DNA of 64,000 bases from a virus (lineage: Duplodnaviria > Caudoviricetes): positions 14,374 to 78,373 of the IMG/VR virus record IMGVR_UViG_3300016667_000797; one strand, given 5' to 3'. This document shows, in pieces, positions 1 to 9,865 of this stretch. Each line of letters starts with the position of its first letter. The first letter of the stretch is position 1. The notes below the pieces were generated by a model that had not been told where the DNA came from, ran no database searches, and saw only the letters and a program-made list of their open reading frames with translations. Made by a program: the position numbers and the translations under genes.

Positions 1-393
1 GGCACGGTCAACTTTGCCGAGCTCATGGCCTACCTGCAACCGCTGGTCTGGTACGTACAACGTGAGATGAAGCGGCGCAAAGAAGGTAAGTCGGTCGTGA
101 TGCGTCAGGTCCATATCCTGACGGATTCGTCCTATGCCAGCAATCTACAAGGAAGCCCGCCCGACCGTCGGGCCGGTCACAATGTCGTGTTGTGGCAGGT
201 TTTCCGTCAATTTACATCGCAAGGTGTCCAGATTCACTGGCACTGGATCCCGCGTGAATCAGTCGAACTAAACCGATTGACCGACGCGATCAGCAAAAAG
301 GCGAGGATTCACCTGGAGTCGAAAGACCTGGTGACGGAATCGCTGGAACGATTCTCTCTGAACTCGATTTACGAATTTAACGCAAAGGACTGA
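1..393 (+). CDS. Ribonuclease H-like protein, 5' end outside window
   Basis: Frame open from base 1 (GTVNFAELMAY, N-x-AEL-x-A motif); ILTDSSYA, HWHWIP and NRLTDAIS match the RNase HI catalytic motifs. Confidence 0.8.
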   Translation, partial: GTVNFAELMAYLQPLVWYVQREMKRRKEGKSVVMRQVHILTDSSYASNLQGSPPDRRAGHNVVLWQVFRQFTSQGVQIHWHWIPRESVELNRLTDAISKKARIHLESKDLVTESLERFSLNSIYEFNAKD

Positions 394-396
394 CAC

Positions 397-978
397 GTGA
401 ATCAGTGGTGGCAATTCTGGCCGCAGCACTTCTGCGCCAAAGACTGTGACGAGATCATCCGCATGGCCAAGACCTTCCCGGTTGTGGAAGGTAGTGTCGG
501 TCACGGTGCCAACCGCAACATCATCGACACAACCATCCGGCGCAGTCAGCTGCGGTGGCTACCGCGATTCGACCATCAGTTCTATGCCTTGTTCGGGATC
601 ATGAAAACTCTGTTTGCCGAGGCAAATCGTAACGCGTTTGGATTCGACGTGACGGAGTTTCACGAAGTTCAGTTCACCGAGTACAACGCGGATAATGTCG
701 GACACTACACCTGGCACCACGACACCATGTGGACCAGTAACAAGCTGTTCCGACGCAAGCTGTCCATGGTTATCCAGCTGTCCGACCCCTCCGACTACGA
801 AGGCGGTCAACTGGAACTTGCGGAAGACGAGTGCCACGAGGTACCCAACGCCGCTGAAATCAAACAACGAGGAACCGTGATTGTATTCCCCAGTTTTCTC
901 CGACACCGGGTAACGCCTGTCACGAAGGGACGGCGTTACTCGCTGGTCTCCTGGATGGAAGGACCATTTTTCCGATGA
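397..978 (+). CDS. 2OG-Fe(II) oxygenase (PKHD/prolyl-hydroxylase-like)
   Basis: WHHDT (HxD), RKLSMVIQLSDPSDYEGGQL, FPSFLRHRVTPVTKGRRYSLVSW (distal His and Arg). Confidence 0.9.
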   Translation: MNQWWQFWPQHFCAKDCDEIIRMAKTFPVVEGSVGHGANRNIIDTTIRRSQLRWLPRFDHQFYALFGIMKTLFAEANRNAFGFDVTEFHEVQFTEYNADNVGHYTWHHDTMWTSNKLFRRKLSMVIQLSDPSDYEGGQLELAEDECHEVPNAAEIKQRGTVIVFPSFLRHRVTPVTKGRRYSLVSWMEGPFFR

Positions 979-1262
979 CCGAGTTTGACGACATGGTCAA
1001 CGCCTATCTCATGGACGCCCCAAAACCTCAGCCGCGCGCTGAGGTTTTTTCGTCTAAAGTGCGCCCGGCCGATGACCGAGTGCCGATCGACATGGAATAC
1101 CGCAAGGTACCGGAGCTGCGCGCCCAACCACTCTGTACCACCTGCGGCAAGAAATTGCACCACAACCGAAAAGCCTGGTACTACAGTGACGCGGTGTCGC
1201 GGAACTGGTTCTGTACCAAGTGCATGAAAACCTGCTGCGGTGTCAACCCGCCAAGAGGATAA
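975..1262 (+). CDS. Small Cys-rich (zinc-finger-like) hypothetical protein
   Basis: CTTC...CTKC pairs; ATGA overlap with the upstream gene. Confidence 0.6.
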   Translation: MTEFDDMVNAYLMDAPKPQPRAEVFSSKVRPADDRVPIDMEYRKVPELRAQPLCTTCGKKLHHNRKAWYYSDAVSRNWFCTKCMKTCCGVNPPRG

Positions 1263-1265
1263 ACC

Positions 1266-1484
1266 GTGACAAAAATCTCAGCCGACCATATTCCCAAACT
1301 GATCGTGCGCGACGAACAGAACGACGTGAGCACGCAGCTTCGCATTCAGCAAATCGCCAACGGGTTTGTCGTCCGCTCGGGCGGTGACCCGATCTTCTAC
1401 CCCAACATAGAAGAAGTGGCCGAGGCGGTGCGCCTGGGCATCCTCCAGATCCAATGGCCTATCATCACAAGGAAAACCAAATGA
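1266..1484 (+). CDS. Hypothetical protein
   Basis: 72-aa ORF packed between neighbours. Confidence 0.55.
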   Translation: MTKISADHIPKLIVRDEQNDVSTQLRIQQIANGFVVRSGGDPIFYPNIEEVAEAVRLGILQIQWPIITRKTK

Positions 1485-1918
1485 GCGACCTGGCCAGACA
1501 AGTTGCCGCCATCAAGCCCATCTGCGAATACCTCAGCAAGCTCGGCGTCGTCGGCGTCGTTGCCGAGTACGAGGGCAGTAGCGACGAAGGCGCCACAGAG
1601 GGCATCTACGCGGTTAAGGAAATCCTGGAAAGCCCACTCCTGACGGCTTACAACGCCGCCGACGATGAAGTCAAAACCAAGGAATTGACCGCGCTGGACG
1701 TACCCAAGGAATTGGATGCATTGACCAGCCATACCTACGGAACCGACCTACTGGAATGGCTCGGCGACTTTCTGGTCTTCTTTGCACCAGACGGCTACCA
1801 GGACGGCAACGGCGGCAAGGGTCGCGTCGTACTCGACGTGGCAGCCGGGCGCGTCGACGTCGAACATGACACGTACTACATCGAAACCAGTTCTGACAGC
1901 TACAGCTACCCGGAGTAA
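1481..1918 (+). CDS. DUF6878-like protein, paralog 1
   Basis: YEGSSDEG and GYQDGNGGKGRV motifs; AAGGAAA RBS; similar to next ORF; family name from memory. Confidence 0.55.
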   Translation: MSDLARQVAAIKPICEYLSKLGVVGVVAEYEGSSDEGATEGIYAVKEILESPLLTAYNAADDEVKTKELTALDVPKELDALTSHTYGTDLLEWLGDFLVFFAPDGYQDGNGGKGRVVLDVAAGRVDVEHDTYYIETSSDSYSYPE

Positions 1919-1921
1919 CTC

Positions 1922-2404
1922 ATGAAAAACTTTCGATTCGACTACACCCAACCCCTAAGTTCCAGTACCCGACGGGCGGAATTCAAGCGCAACCGAGATC
2001 TTGTCTGCAAGCTCCTGGCTGAACACAAAGTCCCGGCCGTGCTCATGCGTTATTCGGGCTACAGCGACAGCGGCTGCGTCGACGCAGTTTGGGTATTGAA
2101 TAACAGCTACGGAGACGACATCGACGATGCCGCTGCCTCCGAGGGCCTCGATGAGAGCAAAGCGCTCACGACGAAGCTGCGCACGACGCCGCTGCCGTCA
2201 GAGTTGGCTGCGGCGACCGGCTATACCACAAACCAAAACGTGCTGGATTGGGTGGGCGACATGCTCATGCTTGTCACACCCGACGGGTTCGAACTAGATG
2301 ATGGCGGCGACGGCTACGTCTTGCTTAACGTCAAAACCAAGGCGGTTCAAACCCGAAACCGGACCATTACGATCAACACCGAATACGACAGTATCGAGGA
2401 CTAA
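1922..2404 (+). CDS. DUF6878-like protein, paralog 2
   Basis: YSGYSDSG and GFELDDGGDG motifs; LDWVGD aligns with LEWLGD in the previous ORF. Confidence 0.6.
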   Translation: MKNFRFDYTQPLSSSTRRAEFKRNRDLVCKLLAEHKVPAVLMRYSGYSDSGCVDAVWVLNNSYGDDIDDAAASEGLDESKALTTKLRTTPLPSELAAATGYTTNQNVLDWVGDMLMLVTPDGFELDDGGDGYVLLNVKTKAVQTRNRTITINTEYDSIED

Positions 2405-2408
2405 GCCC

Positions 2409-3074
2409 ATGATTTGCAAAGAAAAACCAGGCGACCTGGAGCTTGATTTCTTCTACGAAATCTACCAAGCGCCCCCGGCTGAAAAGGATTGGGCACTTTC
2501 CAATTGCTGTTCACTGGCAGACTGTTGGAATCGGTTGCCCGCCAAGTATCTGATCTGGCTGGCCACACGCCCGCACGTCCTATCCGATGCTGATCAATAC
2601 CGGCTCGCCGCCTATTGTTGTCGCATGATTAAACATCTGGTGCGTCACCCAGTTACGAACCGGGTAATTCAACTCACCGAAGCGAGGGCCCGAGGGCGTG
2701 CTTCGGTGAGCAAGATAAACGAACTGTTTGCCACGCTGTCCGAGCTGCCATCTGCGCTGCCATCTGCCTCAGAACCTTTTGTGCATTATGCCGCGACATG
2801 CTGCCTCATGGAGGCGTTGAACGACGAGGCCTGGTCTGCCGCAAGCTGTGCCGCAGACCAAGCAAGCCATGCATTGTCACTATGCGTGCCATTCGAGTCG
2901 GCTGTTGCCAAAAAGGGTAAAGCGCAGGTTCGGATCGCCAACTACATCCGCAGAACCTATAAACCTCGGTTTAACTGGAAGATTCATCGCAGGTCCAGCA
3001 ACTACTGGGGTCCACCCAGCCTGGACCCTGGCGTTCCGGAAGCTGCTTTTCAGGAAGTAAATCCCAATGACTGA
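2409..3074 (+). CDS. Hypothetical protein with Imm5-like helical domain
   Basis: DCWNRLP-x3-LIWLA...RLAAYCCR segment aligns by eye with ECWDKLP-x3-LIWIA...RLFAVACCR in 5569..6549. Confidence 0.55.
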   Translation: MICKEKPGDLELDFFYEIYQAPPAEKDWALSNCCSLADCWNRLPAKYLIWLATRPHVLSDADQYRLAAYCCRMIKHLVRHPVTNRVIQLTEARARGRASVSKINELFATLSELPSALPSASEPFVHYAATCCLMEALNDEAWSAASCAADQASHALSLCVPFESAVAKKGKAQVRIANYIRRTYKPRFNWKIHRRSSNYWGPPSLDPGVPEAAFQEVNPND

Positions 3075-3321
3075 CACCGACGAACAGGACTTGGCCCACG
3101 CCAAGTATACCCGCCAAACCTACGGCGAGTCCGGCTGGCTTCTCAGCTGGGCCCGCACCCCGGACGGCAAGTGGGTCGCCCGGGTCAGCTGCCCTCAGTA
3201 CGACGAAACGATAGAGGGCGAAGGCCCTACCCGGCGTGCCGCAATCAATAAAGCCTCGGCCCAGCTGTTGGACCGACTGCACAAAGATTACAAGGCAATC
3301 AAGAAAGGGACATACACATGA
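3067..3321 (+). CDS. Hypothetical protein
   Basis: 84-aa ORF, GGAAG RBS, overlaps neighbours. Confidence 0.6.
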   Translation: MTDTDEQDLAHAKYTRQTYGESGWLLSWARTPDGKWVARVSCPQYDETIEGEGPTRRAAINKASAQLLDRLHKDYKAIKKGTYT

Positions 3322-3833
3322 TCGTCAATGACCGCGAGATCGCAATCATCACGGCCGCACTCTCCTACATGTTTAGCAACATCGCCGACGTCAACGAGGC
3401 CATGGACGCGACCTTCACCGAAACCGAAGTCAACAGCCTGCTGGAGACCTTCCGCCCGTTGGCAGGCTGGCAAGGGGTCAACCCCACCGGAACCGTCGCA
3501 CAGATTCAAGCTATCAAGTGCGCCTACGCGGACTTGGTCGGAGCTTACCAGGCCCGGCAACAACTGGATCTGTTTGCTCACGACTGGAAGGAACACTACA
3601 CCACAATCGACGAGCTTGAACAGGCGTTCGACTTCATCGAGCCTGTCTCGCTGGAGGAACCATTAGACGAAGACGGCCCGGACGACGAGGAAGATGAAGA
3701 CGATTTTGCCGACGAAGACTTCGATGACGACAAGAACGGCATCGAACCGCTCGATGCGCCTGGACTGGAAGCCTTTTTCGACAAATACGCCAAAGACACT
3801 GAAGAAGAGAAGGACGACGATGCCGCGATATAA
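3318..3833 (+). CDS. Hypothetical protein with strongly acidic C-terminus
   Basis: AAAGGGA RBS; D/E-rich run EDGPDDEEDEDDFADEDFDDD. Confidence 0.65.
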   Translation: MIVNDREIAIITAALSYMFSNIADVNEAMDATFTETEVNSLLETFRPLAGWQGVNPTGTVAQIQAIKCAYADLVGAYQARQQLDLFAHDWKEHYTTIDELEQAFDFIEPVSLEEPLDEDGPDDEEDEDDFADEDFDDDKNGIEPLDAPGLEAFFDKYAKDTEEEKDDDAAI

Positions 3834-4218
3834 GATCAAATACGGGATGGACGTGCCTGCTTACGGCGAGGCCATCATCAAGACAACCTCCAAAAACCTG
3901 AAACGACTCGTCCGCAATCTACACAGCGTAGACCAGTTGATTGACGACTGGGACCCTGTCGGCGAGATGAGTGAAAACCATCGCGTTCTGGAGATCTGGC
4001 GCGAGGGCAAAGATGACGAATGGGAGATCGTCGACTCGACCGGATTCTCCCTGGACGAGCCGGAGCCGACGTCGGTCTCGACAAAAGCCCAACTCTGGAT
4101 CGCCTACAACCCAATCACTGACAAAATCCTCGGCCACACCAACAACCTGGCCGGGGTCATACTGCTCCGTCGAGCACACATGGATCCAAATGTTCAAATT
4201 CTCAGCTGCGGCGAGTGA
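3820..4218 (+). CDS. Hypothetical protein
   Basis: Start chosen at ATG 3820 after AAGGA RBS. Confidence 0.55.
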   Translation: MPRYKIKYGMDVPAYGEAIIKTTSKNLKRLVRNLHSVDQLIDDWDPVGEMSENHRVLEIWREGKDDEWEIVDSTGFSLDEPEPTSVSTKAQLWIAYNPITDKILGHTNNLAGVILLRRAHMDPNVQILSCGE

Positions 4219-4264
4219 CGCAGCTGCTTTCCCGCACAAGACCTACCCTGAAGGAGAATAATTC

Positions 4265-4903
4265 ATGTCACACCCATACCATCATGCTCTCAGTAGCGTC
4301 AAGAAATACGGCGGCAAAGTATCAGACTACATGCGCATCCACCAATTCTTCGACGAAAGTAAGGAACACTTCGCTGACTTCCGGCACCGCGCCTTGCGCC
4401 ACCACAGCGAGGGCATCTTCCTGGCCGAACGCATGTTCGGCACCACGATCACCAACAGCGACGGCCGAGTAATCCCGGTGCGGTTCATCGGCGAGCAGCA
4501 CGTCATCGAGGATTGCGGTTTCATCCCGACGCTGGCGGACTGGCTCAAGTGCATCCAGGCTGAGCCCTGGATGAAGCGCGTCGGCGTCAAGCTGGGTCAG
4601 GAGCAACCGGAGCCAAAACCGGCTGACGAGGATCCGGAGTCTGTCCTTGTAGAGAAAATGTTTTCAGAATCGGCGCAACGTAAACAACTTGTGCGCGAAT
4701 GTCCTGAACGAGCAAGTCTTAGAGATTTAGGTATCTCAGTTCGGGCAAGGAATGTGTTGCACAAACACGAAATTGAGACCGTAGCCCAATTGATGACGCA
4801 CACGCCAAAAAGCCTACGACAATACCGTGGCCTTGGTTATGACTCCCTAAAAGATATTGTCGACGCGTTGGCACGGTTCGGGCACGCGTTGGCTGTTGAA
4901 TAA
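4265..4903 (+). CDS. DUF6915-like domain fused to RNA polymerase alpha C-terminal-domain-like HhH domain
   Basis: N-term HPYHHALSS...RHRALRHHSEGIF...IGEQHVIED; C-term SLRDLGISVRARNVLHKHEIETVAQL...RGLGYDSLKDI resembles alpha-CTD. Confidence 0.7.
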   Translation: MSHPYHHALSSVKKYGGKVSDYMRIHQFFDESKEHFADFRHRALRHHSEGIFLAERMFGTTITNSDGRVIPVRFIGEQHVIEDCGFIPTLADWLKCIQAEPWMKRVGVKLGQEQPEPKPADEDPESVLVEKMFSESAQRKQLVRECPERASLRDLGISVRARNVLHKHEIETVAQLMTHTPKSLRQYRGLGYDSLKDIVDALARFGHALAVE

Positions 4904-4969
4904 AGGCGCCCCGTTCGCGTTTGTGCTAAGCTATGGGGCGGATTCAACCGACCTCAAAGGAAGCAAGAC

Positions 4970-5509
4970 GTGAAACTCACAGGCAGCGCCATTCGGGAGG
5001 CGATTGAACGCGGCGACATCCTGATCGACCCGTTCAACCCGGCCCAGCTTAACCCCAACAGCTACGACCTGCGGCTGTCGCCGTATGTCGTGCAATATAC
5101 TGACGAGATCCTGGATGCCGCCAAGGCGCCGAAACTTCGTCACTACGAAATCTGCAAACGCGGCCTGGTACTTCTGCCGGGCGAACTCTACCTGATGTCC
5201 ACGGTAGAGCGTACAGCCACCGGCCTCTATGTGCCCTGTGTCGAAGGCCGGTCATCGACCGGGCGGCTCGGCATCAGTGTGCACGAGACGGCCGGGTTTG
5301 GCGACGTCGGCTTCGACGGCACCTGGACCCTGGAGGTCTCGGTCAAACGTCCCGTGCGTATATACGCCGGAATGCGCATCTGTCAGGTCTTCTTTGAGAC
5401 CTGCACAGAAATCAAGGAGCCGGGCGACCGATACAAAGGTAAATACAACGGGCAAATCACACCCAAGCCCAGCGGCATCTGGGTTGAACGTGACGAGTGG
5501 CTGCGCTGA
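4970..5509 (+). CDS. dcd: dCTP deaminase
   Basis: QLNPNSYDLRL, EGRSSTGRLG, AGFGDVGFDGTWTLE, GMRICQ, YKGKYNGQ motifs. Confidence 0.92.
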   Translation: MKLTGSAIREAIERGDILIDPFNPAQLNPNSYDLRLSPYVVQYTDEILDAAKAPKLRHYEICKRGLVLLPGELYLMSTVERTATGLYVPCVEGRSSTGRLGISVHETAGFGDVGFDGTWTLEVSVKRPVRIYAGMRICQVFFETCTEIKEPGDRYKGKYNGQITPKPSGIWVERDEWLR

Positions 5510-5521
5510 CACAAACTCACC

Positions 5522-5550
5522 GGCCCGGGGCGCAAGCTCCGGGCCTTTTT
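5522..5550 (+). terminator. Intrinsic terminator
   Basis: GGCCCGGGGC-GCAA-GCTCCGGGCC stem-loop then TTTTT. Confidence 0.8.
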
Positions 5551-5568
5551 CATTGAAGGAACCTATAC

Positions 5569-6549
5569 ATGGCAGAAATCAGCCAACTGAGAGACAAGAT
5601 CGAAAGCCTGAAGGTGGCCGAAGCCATCCTGCTGGAAGCCGGAATTCAGGACACCTCACTCCGGGCGATCGAGAAGGTGGTCGGCAACCTGGAGAGCCAG
5701 ATCCGCTCGACGCTACCGCGTGAGCTGCTGGAACAGCAAAACGCCGACCTGACCAATGCCAACATCCAGCTGAAGCTGGAGCTGGACGGCCGCACCCGAC
5801 AGATGAACCGAATCATCGCGGACCTCAAACTCGAGCTGAGCCAGCGTCCGCCCGTGTACGCCATCCACTGTCCCGATAAATGCGAATGGCTGCATGGTCC
5901 GTATGGAGAGATACCGGTCTTTCTTACAACAGACTTGGCCCAGGAATTCATGGTGTCTCGCGGCCTGTCGTCGATCTGGCGCGTGACCCAGTACTTCACG
6001 GCCCCCATTGAAGACCCCCGAGAGCTGACCATTGCCGATTTCTTCGGCAAGCACAAAGCCTATGGTCGCGTCCAGGACTGGGCACTGGCCAACTGCAAAG
6101 ACATGCAAGAATGCTGGGACAAGCTGCCGGACGGCGATCTGATCTGGATTGCCGGGTTTGCCGACGTGTTGACTGACAGAACGCAGCGGCTATTTGCTGT
6201 GGCCTGTTGTCGTGAGGCCTACCACCTGCTGGAAGATCAGCGCAGCCGCGATGCGCTGTACGTGGCAGAGTCTTACGCCCTGGGTCAGTCCGATAGTATC
6301 GAACTGTACAAAGCGTGGAACGAATCGCAGGCGGTTGGAAATCACTGGAAGAACGGAACGGCAAAAGATCTGGCGGCTACGGCGGCCGCCTTTGCGGCAA
6401 GCGCGGATCCGTTGCAAGCAGCAAGGGAAGCCTCAAATTACGCGATCAAGGCGTTGGCTGCGGCCTCGCCGGGCTGCGAAGCTGAGGTACAGGCAGCGCA
6501 AGCCAGGTGGCTGCGCGACAACTGTAAACCCAACTTCAAAGGATGGTGA
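5569..6549 (+). CDS. Multi-domain hypothetical protein: N-terminal coiled coil, C-terminal Imm5-like domain
   Basis: AAGGAA RBS; RLFAVACCREAYHLLEDQRSRDALYVAESYALG motif. Confidence 0.65.
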   Translation: MAEISQLRDKIESLKVAEAILLEAGIQDTSLRAIEKVVGNLESQIRSTLPRELLEQQNADLTNANIQLKLELDGRTRQMNRIIADLKLELSQRPPVYAIHCPDKCEWLHGPYGEIPVFLTTDLAQEFMVSRGLSSIWRVTQYFTAPIEDPRELTIADFFGKHKAYGRVQDWALANCKDMQECWDKLPDGDLIWIAGFADVLTDRTQRLFAVACCREAYHLLEDQRSRDALYVAESYALGQSDSIELYKAWNESQAVGNHWKNGTAKDLAATAAAFAASADPLQAAREASNYAIKALAAASPGCEAEVQAAQARWLRDNCKPNFKGW

Positions 6550-6550
6550 G

Positions 6551-6940
6551 ATGAGCGTGAGTGACGACACACACAGGCAAATCATGGCGCTGCACGAAGA
6601 AATACGCCAAGCCCAGCGTGTGGTGTGTATGTTTGCCGACAATGATGAAGACGGCAAACCATTCGATCTGGGCGGAAAAATCACTATGGCCTGGGCAAAT
6701 TGGATCGCGACAAAGAAAGTCGAGATCCGGAGGTTGCTTGGAGAGGAGGCAGGTTCAGACCCGTTCGACGTGATAATACACAATCCGGATCCTATCGTTG
6801 CGGCACAGCTGCAACGAGACTCCGACATACAAGATGTGCTACGCAGACAGCAAATAGCCAGGGATGAGGTTAAACGCGACGCCAAGGAGGAGCGTCTGAT
6901 GCGGAAATACGCTGAGAAAGAGGAGGATTGTGATGCCTAA
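6551..6940 (+). CDS. Hypothetical protein
   Basis: ATG 6551 immediately after the previous stop. Confidence 0.6.
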   Translation: MSVSDDTHRQIMALHEEIRQAQRVVCMFADNDEDGKPFDLGGKITMAWANWIATKKVEIRRLLGEEAGSDPFDVIIHNPDPIVAAQLQRDSDIQDVLRRQQIARDEVKRDAKEERLMRKYAEKEEDCDA

Positions 6941-7274
6941 AGAACTCACGGAAGCTGCGTTGTTCAGACTTCGCAAACGTGCCAAGTCCATGCTGTCCAC
7001 ACCCAACTTCATGGACCACCGGATAAGCCTTCAAAAATGGGCGGCCAGTGCCAGCCCTGAAGTTGTCTTGAGCCTGATTGACACGATCGAGTGTCTACAG
7101 ATGCAAGTCAAACCGGCTTGCACTCACTTTCAAATGCCCGACTACGGATCCAATGAGTGGGGATGTACTTGCCGACCCGGAACCTACCACATACCTGAGG
7201 GAGGCGAACTTGCCGACTTCTGCAGCTATTGTGGCGGGCCGGTAGAGATTGATCCCGAATCAAGTTGCGACTGA
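6933..7274 (+). CDS. ead/Ea22-like protein with C-terminal Cys cluster
   Basis: AASASPEVVLSLIDTIE resembles the Ea22/ead motif; CTC...CSYCGG. Confidence 0.45.
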   Translation: MPKELTEAALFRLRKRAKSMLSTPNFMDHRISLQKWAASASPEVVLSLIDTIECLQMQVKPACTHFQMPDYGSNEWGCTCRPGTYHIPEGGELADFCSYCGGPVEIDPESSCD

Positions 7275-7305
7275 ACCCGAACAGACCTAACCAAAGGAGA
7301 GAAGC

Positions 7306-7962
7306 ATGCAAAATCCGGAATTTAACACCCTGTGCGATGCAATCGCCGACGAGTTGCGACGCTTGGACTGGGTGTATTGTAAAGAAACAGACAAAGGCCT
7401 CCGGGTGTCCACCGAAGATTGCCTGAACAATCACGTCGCGCTGGTGGCTGAGGACGGTCGAGAATGGTCCGGACCTGCGGACCTGATACTGAGCCGATTG
7501 CGAGCTACGTCCAGCGGTACGACGATAAACAACTCCGCCCTGGATCTCTTGCTGGGCTCGCCTGTCAAACTAGCTAAATCAATAAGTCAGCAGCAAGACG
7601 AACTGACTAAGCTGGAAGCCAGTGCCCGTCTGTTACTGGATGACCTGGGCTACGTACCGGCCATGCTGGAAGACTCCATCGCAAAACGCATTGCTCGCCT
7701 GGCCAGGGCAAAGAAAGAAGTGCGGGATGATTTTGTCTGGACCCTTATGGGCAATAATCCCCGCTATCTTGTGGAGCGAGAAGCCAGCCAGGTCCTGGAC
7801 TACCTGCGTGAAACCCATGAACAGCAAATACGGCTATGTCTGACACTGAAGGACATTCTCGAGTTCTTTCAAGCGTCTGACAACTGCTGTAGCGCCGAGC
7901 TAAACTCACTGCTCAAGAAAGCCAACGCCGTTCTAGCGGAAGCCAAGGAGAATGTGCTATGA
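7306..7962 (+). CDS. Hypothetical protein
   Basis: AAAGGAG RBS; 218-aa ORF. Confidence 0.65.
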   Translation: MQNPEFNTLCDAIADELRRLDWVYCKETDKGLRVSTEDCLNNHVALVAEDGREWSGPADLILSRLRATSSGTTINNSALDLLLGSPVKLAKSISQQQDELTKLEASARLLLDDLGYVPAMLEDSIAKRIARLARAKKEVRDDFVWTLMGNNPRYLVEREASQVLDYLRETHEQQIRLCLTLKDILEFFQASDNCCSAELNSLLKKANAVLAEAKENVL

Positions 7963-8699
7963 AGTTGATCACGCCAGCGCCTGCTGTTACTCGCTTCACC
8001 GAGAACTTCAAGGCACCAAAACGCGGTGAAACCATCCTCTTCGACGCCCAGTCCTACATGGACTGGGCGTCTTTCGTACTGCCGCAGATGATCGGCATGA
8101 AACCGCTGCCCTACGACCGATCTCGTGTACTGAAGGAGGCCAAGGCGGTCGGGCAATACTACTTCTACGTCCGGCGACTGGAACCAGTTGGTTGCACGTT
8201 GTGGGGGCAGGAAGGACGATCCACGCTACCGATGGGTCGCAAGCAGAGAAAAACCTATTGCGCCTTTACAGACGCGGTAGACATTCCAATCGTGTGCAAC
8301 CGGTTCCTGGACCCGATCATGTCGCTCACGCCCAGCGAGGTCCTCACCCTCCGGTCGCAGGTGCGCTTGGCTCACGGTCAGGTGGCAATTGCCGGTCTGG
8401 GCATGGGTTGGCTTACCCGCCGTGTGCTTGACCGCACCAAGGTCGAGCATGTGACCGTAGTGGAGAAGGACCCCGGGATCCTGGCCTACTTTGGCGAGCC
8501 GATCAAACAGCAATATGGCGACCGCGTGACACTCGTGTGCGCAGACGCCTACGAATTCGACTACGCAAAGCACGATGTGGTGCTTTGGGATATTTGGTAC
8601 GGTTACAGCGATTCCAACAGTGACCCGAAGTTTCACCAGATCGCGACTGACCTGATCCAGCAGGGCAAGGTCTGCACAGGCTGGGGTTACGTTCACTGA
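7959..8699 (+). CDS. Class I SAM-dependent methyltransferase-like (spermidine-synthase-like fold)
   Basis: VAIAGLGMG motif I, VTVVEKD motif II, ADAYEF, VVLWDIW. Confidence 0.7.
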   Translation: MKLITPAPAVTRFTENFKAPKRGETILFDAQSYMDWASFVLPQMIGMKPLPYDRSRVLKEAKAVGQYYFYVRRLEPVGCTLWGQEGRSTLPMGRKQRKTYCAFTDAVDIPIVCNRFLDPIMSLTPSEVLTLRSQVRLAHGQVAIAGLGMGWLTRRVLDRTKVEHVTVVEKDPGILAYFGEPIKQQYGDRVTLVCADAYEFDYAKHDVVLWDIWYGYSDSNSDPKFHQIATDLIQQGKVCTGWGYVH

Positions 8700-8712
8700 T
8701 AAGGAGAGATTC

Positions 8713-9021
8713 ATGCTAGCAACGCAGTCGAAAACCCTGACCGTGGCAGGCAGCCACGGTTGGATTACAGCTGATGCTGAGACTGGATGTATTTTGCGGG
8801 TACAACTCAACGACTTTCCGTTTCTGTCCTCGGAGGACAGTTATACAAGGATCATTCGGATTGATGTAGCCGAATATCAACAGAAATACGGAAACCTTCC
8901 GGACGAGTTGGACATTCTTGACGTCGGCTATTGGACGGAAGACGATGGCTACGAACCTCCGTGCCAGGACTGGCGCGAAGATCGGGACAACATGAGAAAG
9001 TACGGTGATTTGTATGTCTGA
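8713..9021 (+). CDS. Hypothetical protein
   Basis: AAGGAG RBS. Confidence 0.6.
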   Translation: MLATQSKTLTVAGSHGWITADAETGCILRVQLNDFPFLSSEDSYTRIIRIDVAEYQQKYGNLPDELDILDVGYWTEDDGYEPPCQDWREDRDNMRKYGDLYV

Positions 9022-9451
9022 AGACACCTACAAGTGCCAGCGCTGCGGCGACGACAGCGACGACTTGCGCACACTCTGGCATGCCTGTCTCTACGACATG
9101 AATGAACTGAACGTACCATTCCGGCAACGACAAATTCACGGACAACTGATGGCCCACATCGGCGACGAGACGGTTGAGCTGTTGGGTCGCAAACGCACCG
9201 TGGCCAAGTTTGACAACATACCCGATGTGCCGCCGCGCAAATATCCGTTCTATACGCTGCGGGTCTGCAAGTCGTGCCGTGGCAGCTGGATGGCCGCGAT
9301 TGAGCACTGGTTCCAGCACGTCATCCCCGACCCAAGTCCTGGCACCGGTATCTTTGTCCGGCGCAACGGGGCCAACGTCGAGATCACTGAGGAGGAGTTC
9401 TATGCAGCCAGACAAAAGGTGGCTGACAGTCAAGCTCAACCGCCTGATTGA
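9014..9451 (+). CDS. Hypothetical protein with two CxxC pairs
   Basis: CQRC and CKSC. Confidence 0.6.
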   Translation: MSEDTYKCQRCGDDSDDLRTLWHACLYDMNELNVPFRQRQIHGQLMAHIGDETVELLGRKRTVAKFDNIPDVPPRKYPFYTLRVCKSCRGSWMAAIEHWFQHVIPDPSPGTGIFVRRNGANVEITEEEFYAARQKVADSQAQPPD

Positions 9452-9486
9452 CGTGCCGTGCGCAAACCCAGATAGGAGGTAACATA

Positions 9487-9717
9487 ATGCTGCCGTATGC
9501 TATCAAGCTAGTTGATACGCACATTTCCAACCTCAGGATTGGTGACACAGTCATCTATGCTGGCCATATGCGAACTTTGACCAAATCCAATCTTTCTCGC
9601 GGCTTCATGGGCCGTACGCTTTACGGTGACAGCCATAAGCTCGGATTGGTATCGGTTAAATTGGTACTGTTTCCCCGATTTCAACGGGGAAACTATGTTG
9701 GCCATTATCCCAAGTAA
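9487..9717 (+). CDS. Hypothetical protein
   Basis: AGGAGGT RBS before ATG 9487. Confidence 0.6.
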   Translation: MLPYAIKLVDTHISNLRIGDTVIYAGHMRTLTKSNLSRGFMGRTLYGDSHKLGLVSVKLVLFPRFQRGNYVGHYPK

Positions 9718-9865
9718 CGGAGTAACTGATGTCTCGAATAACCCAAACCAAGGGCGATGAGGCCCTGTCCGTGTTCCTGTTTCTGGTGCTGGCCTGTTGT
9801 GTGCTGGGTATGGAGTCTTGCGCCGAGTCCACAGCACGCTACCAGGCAGCCCAGCAGGCGCAGCC

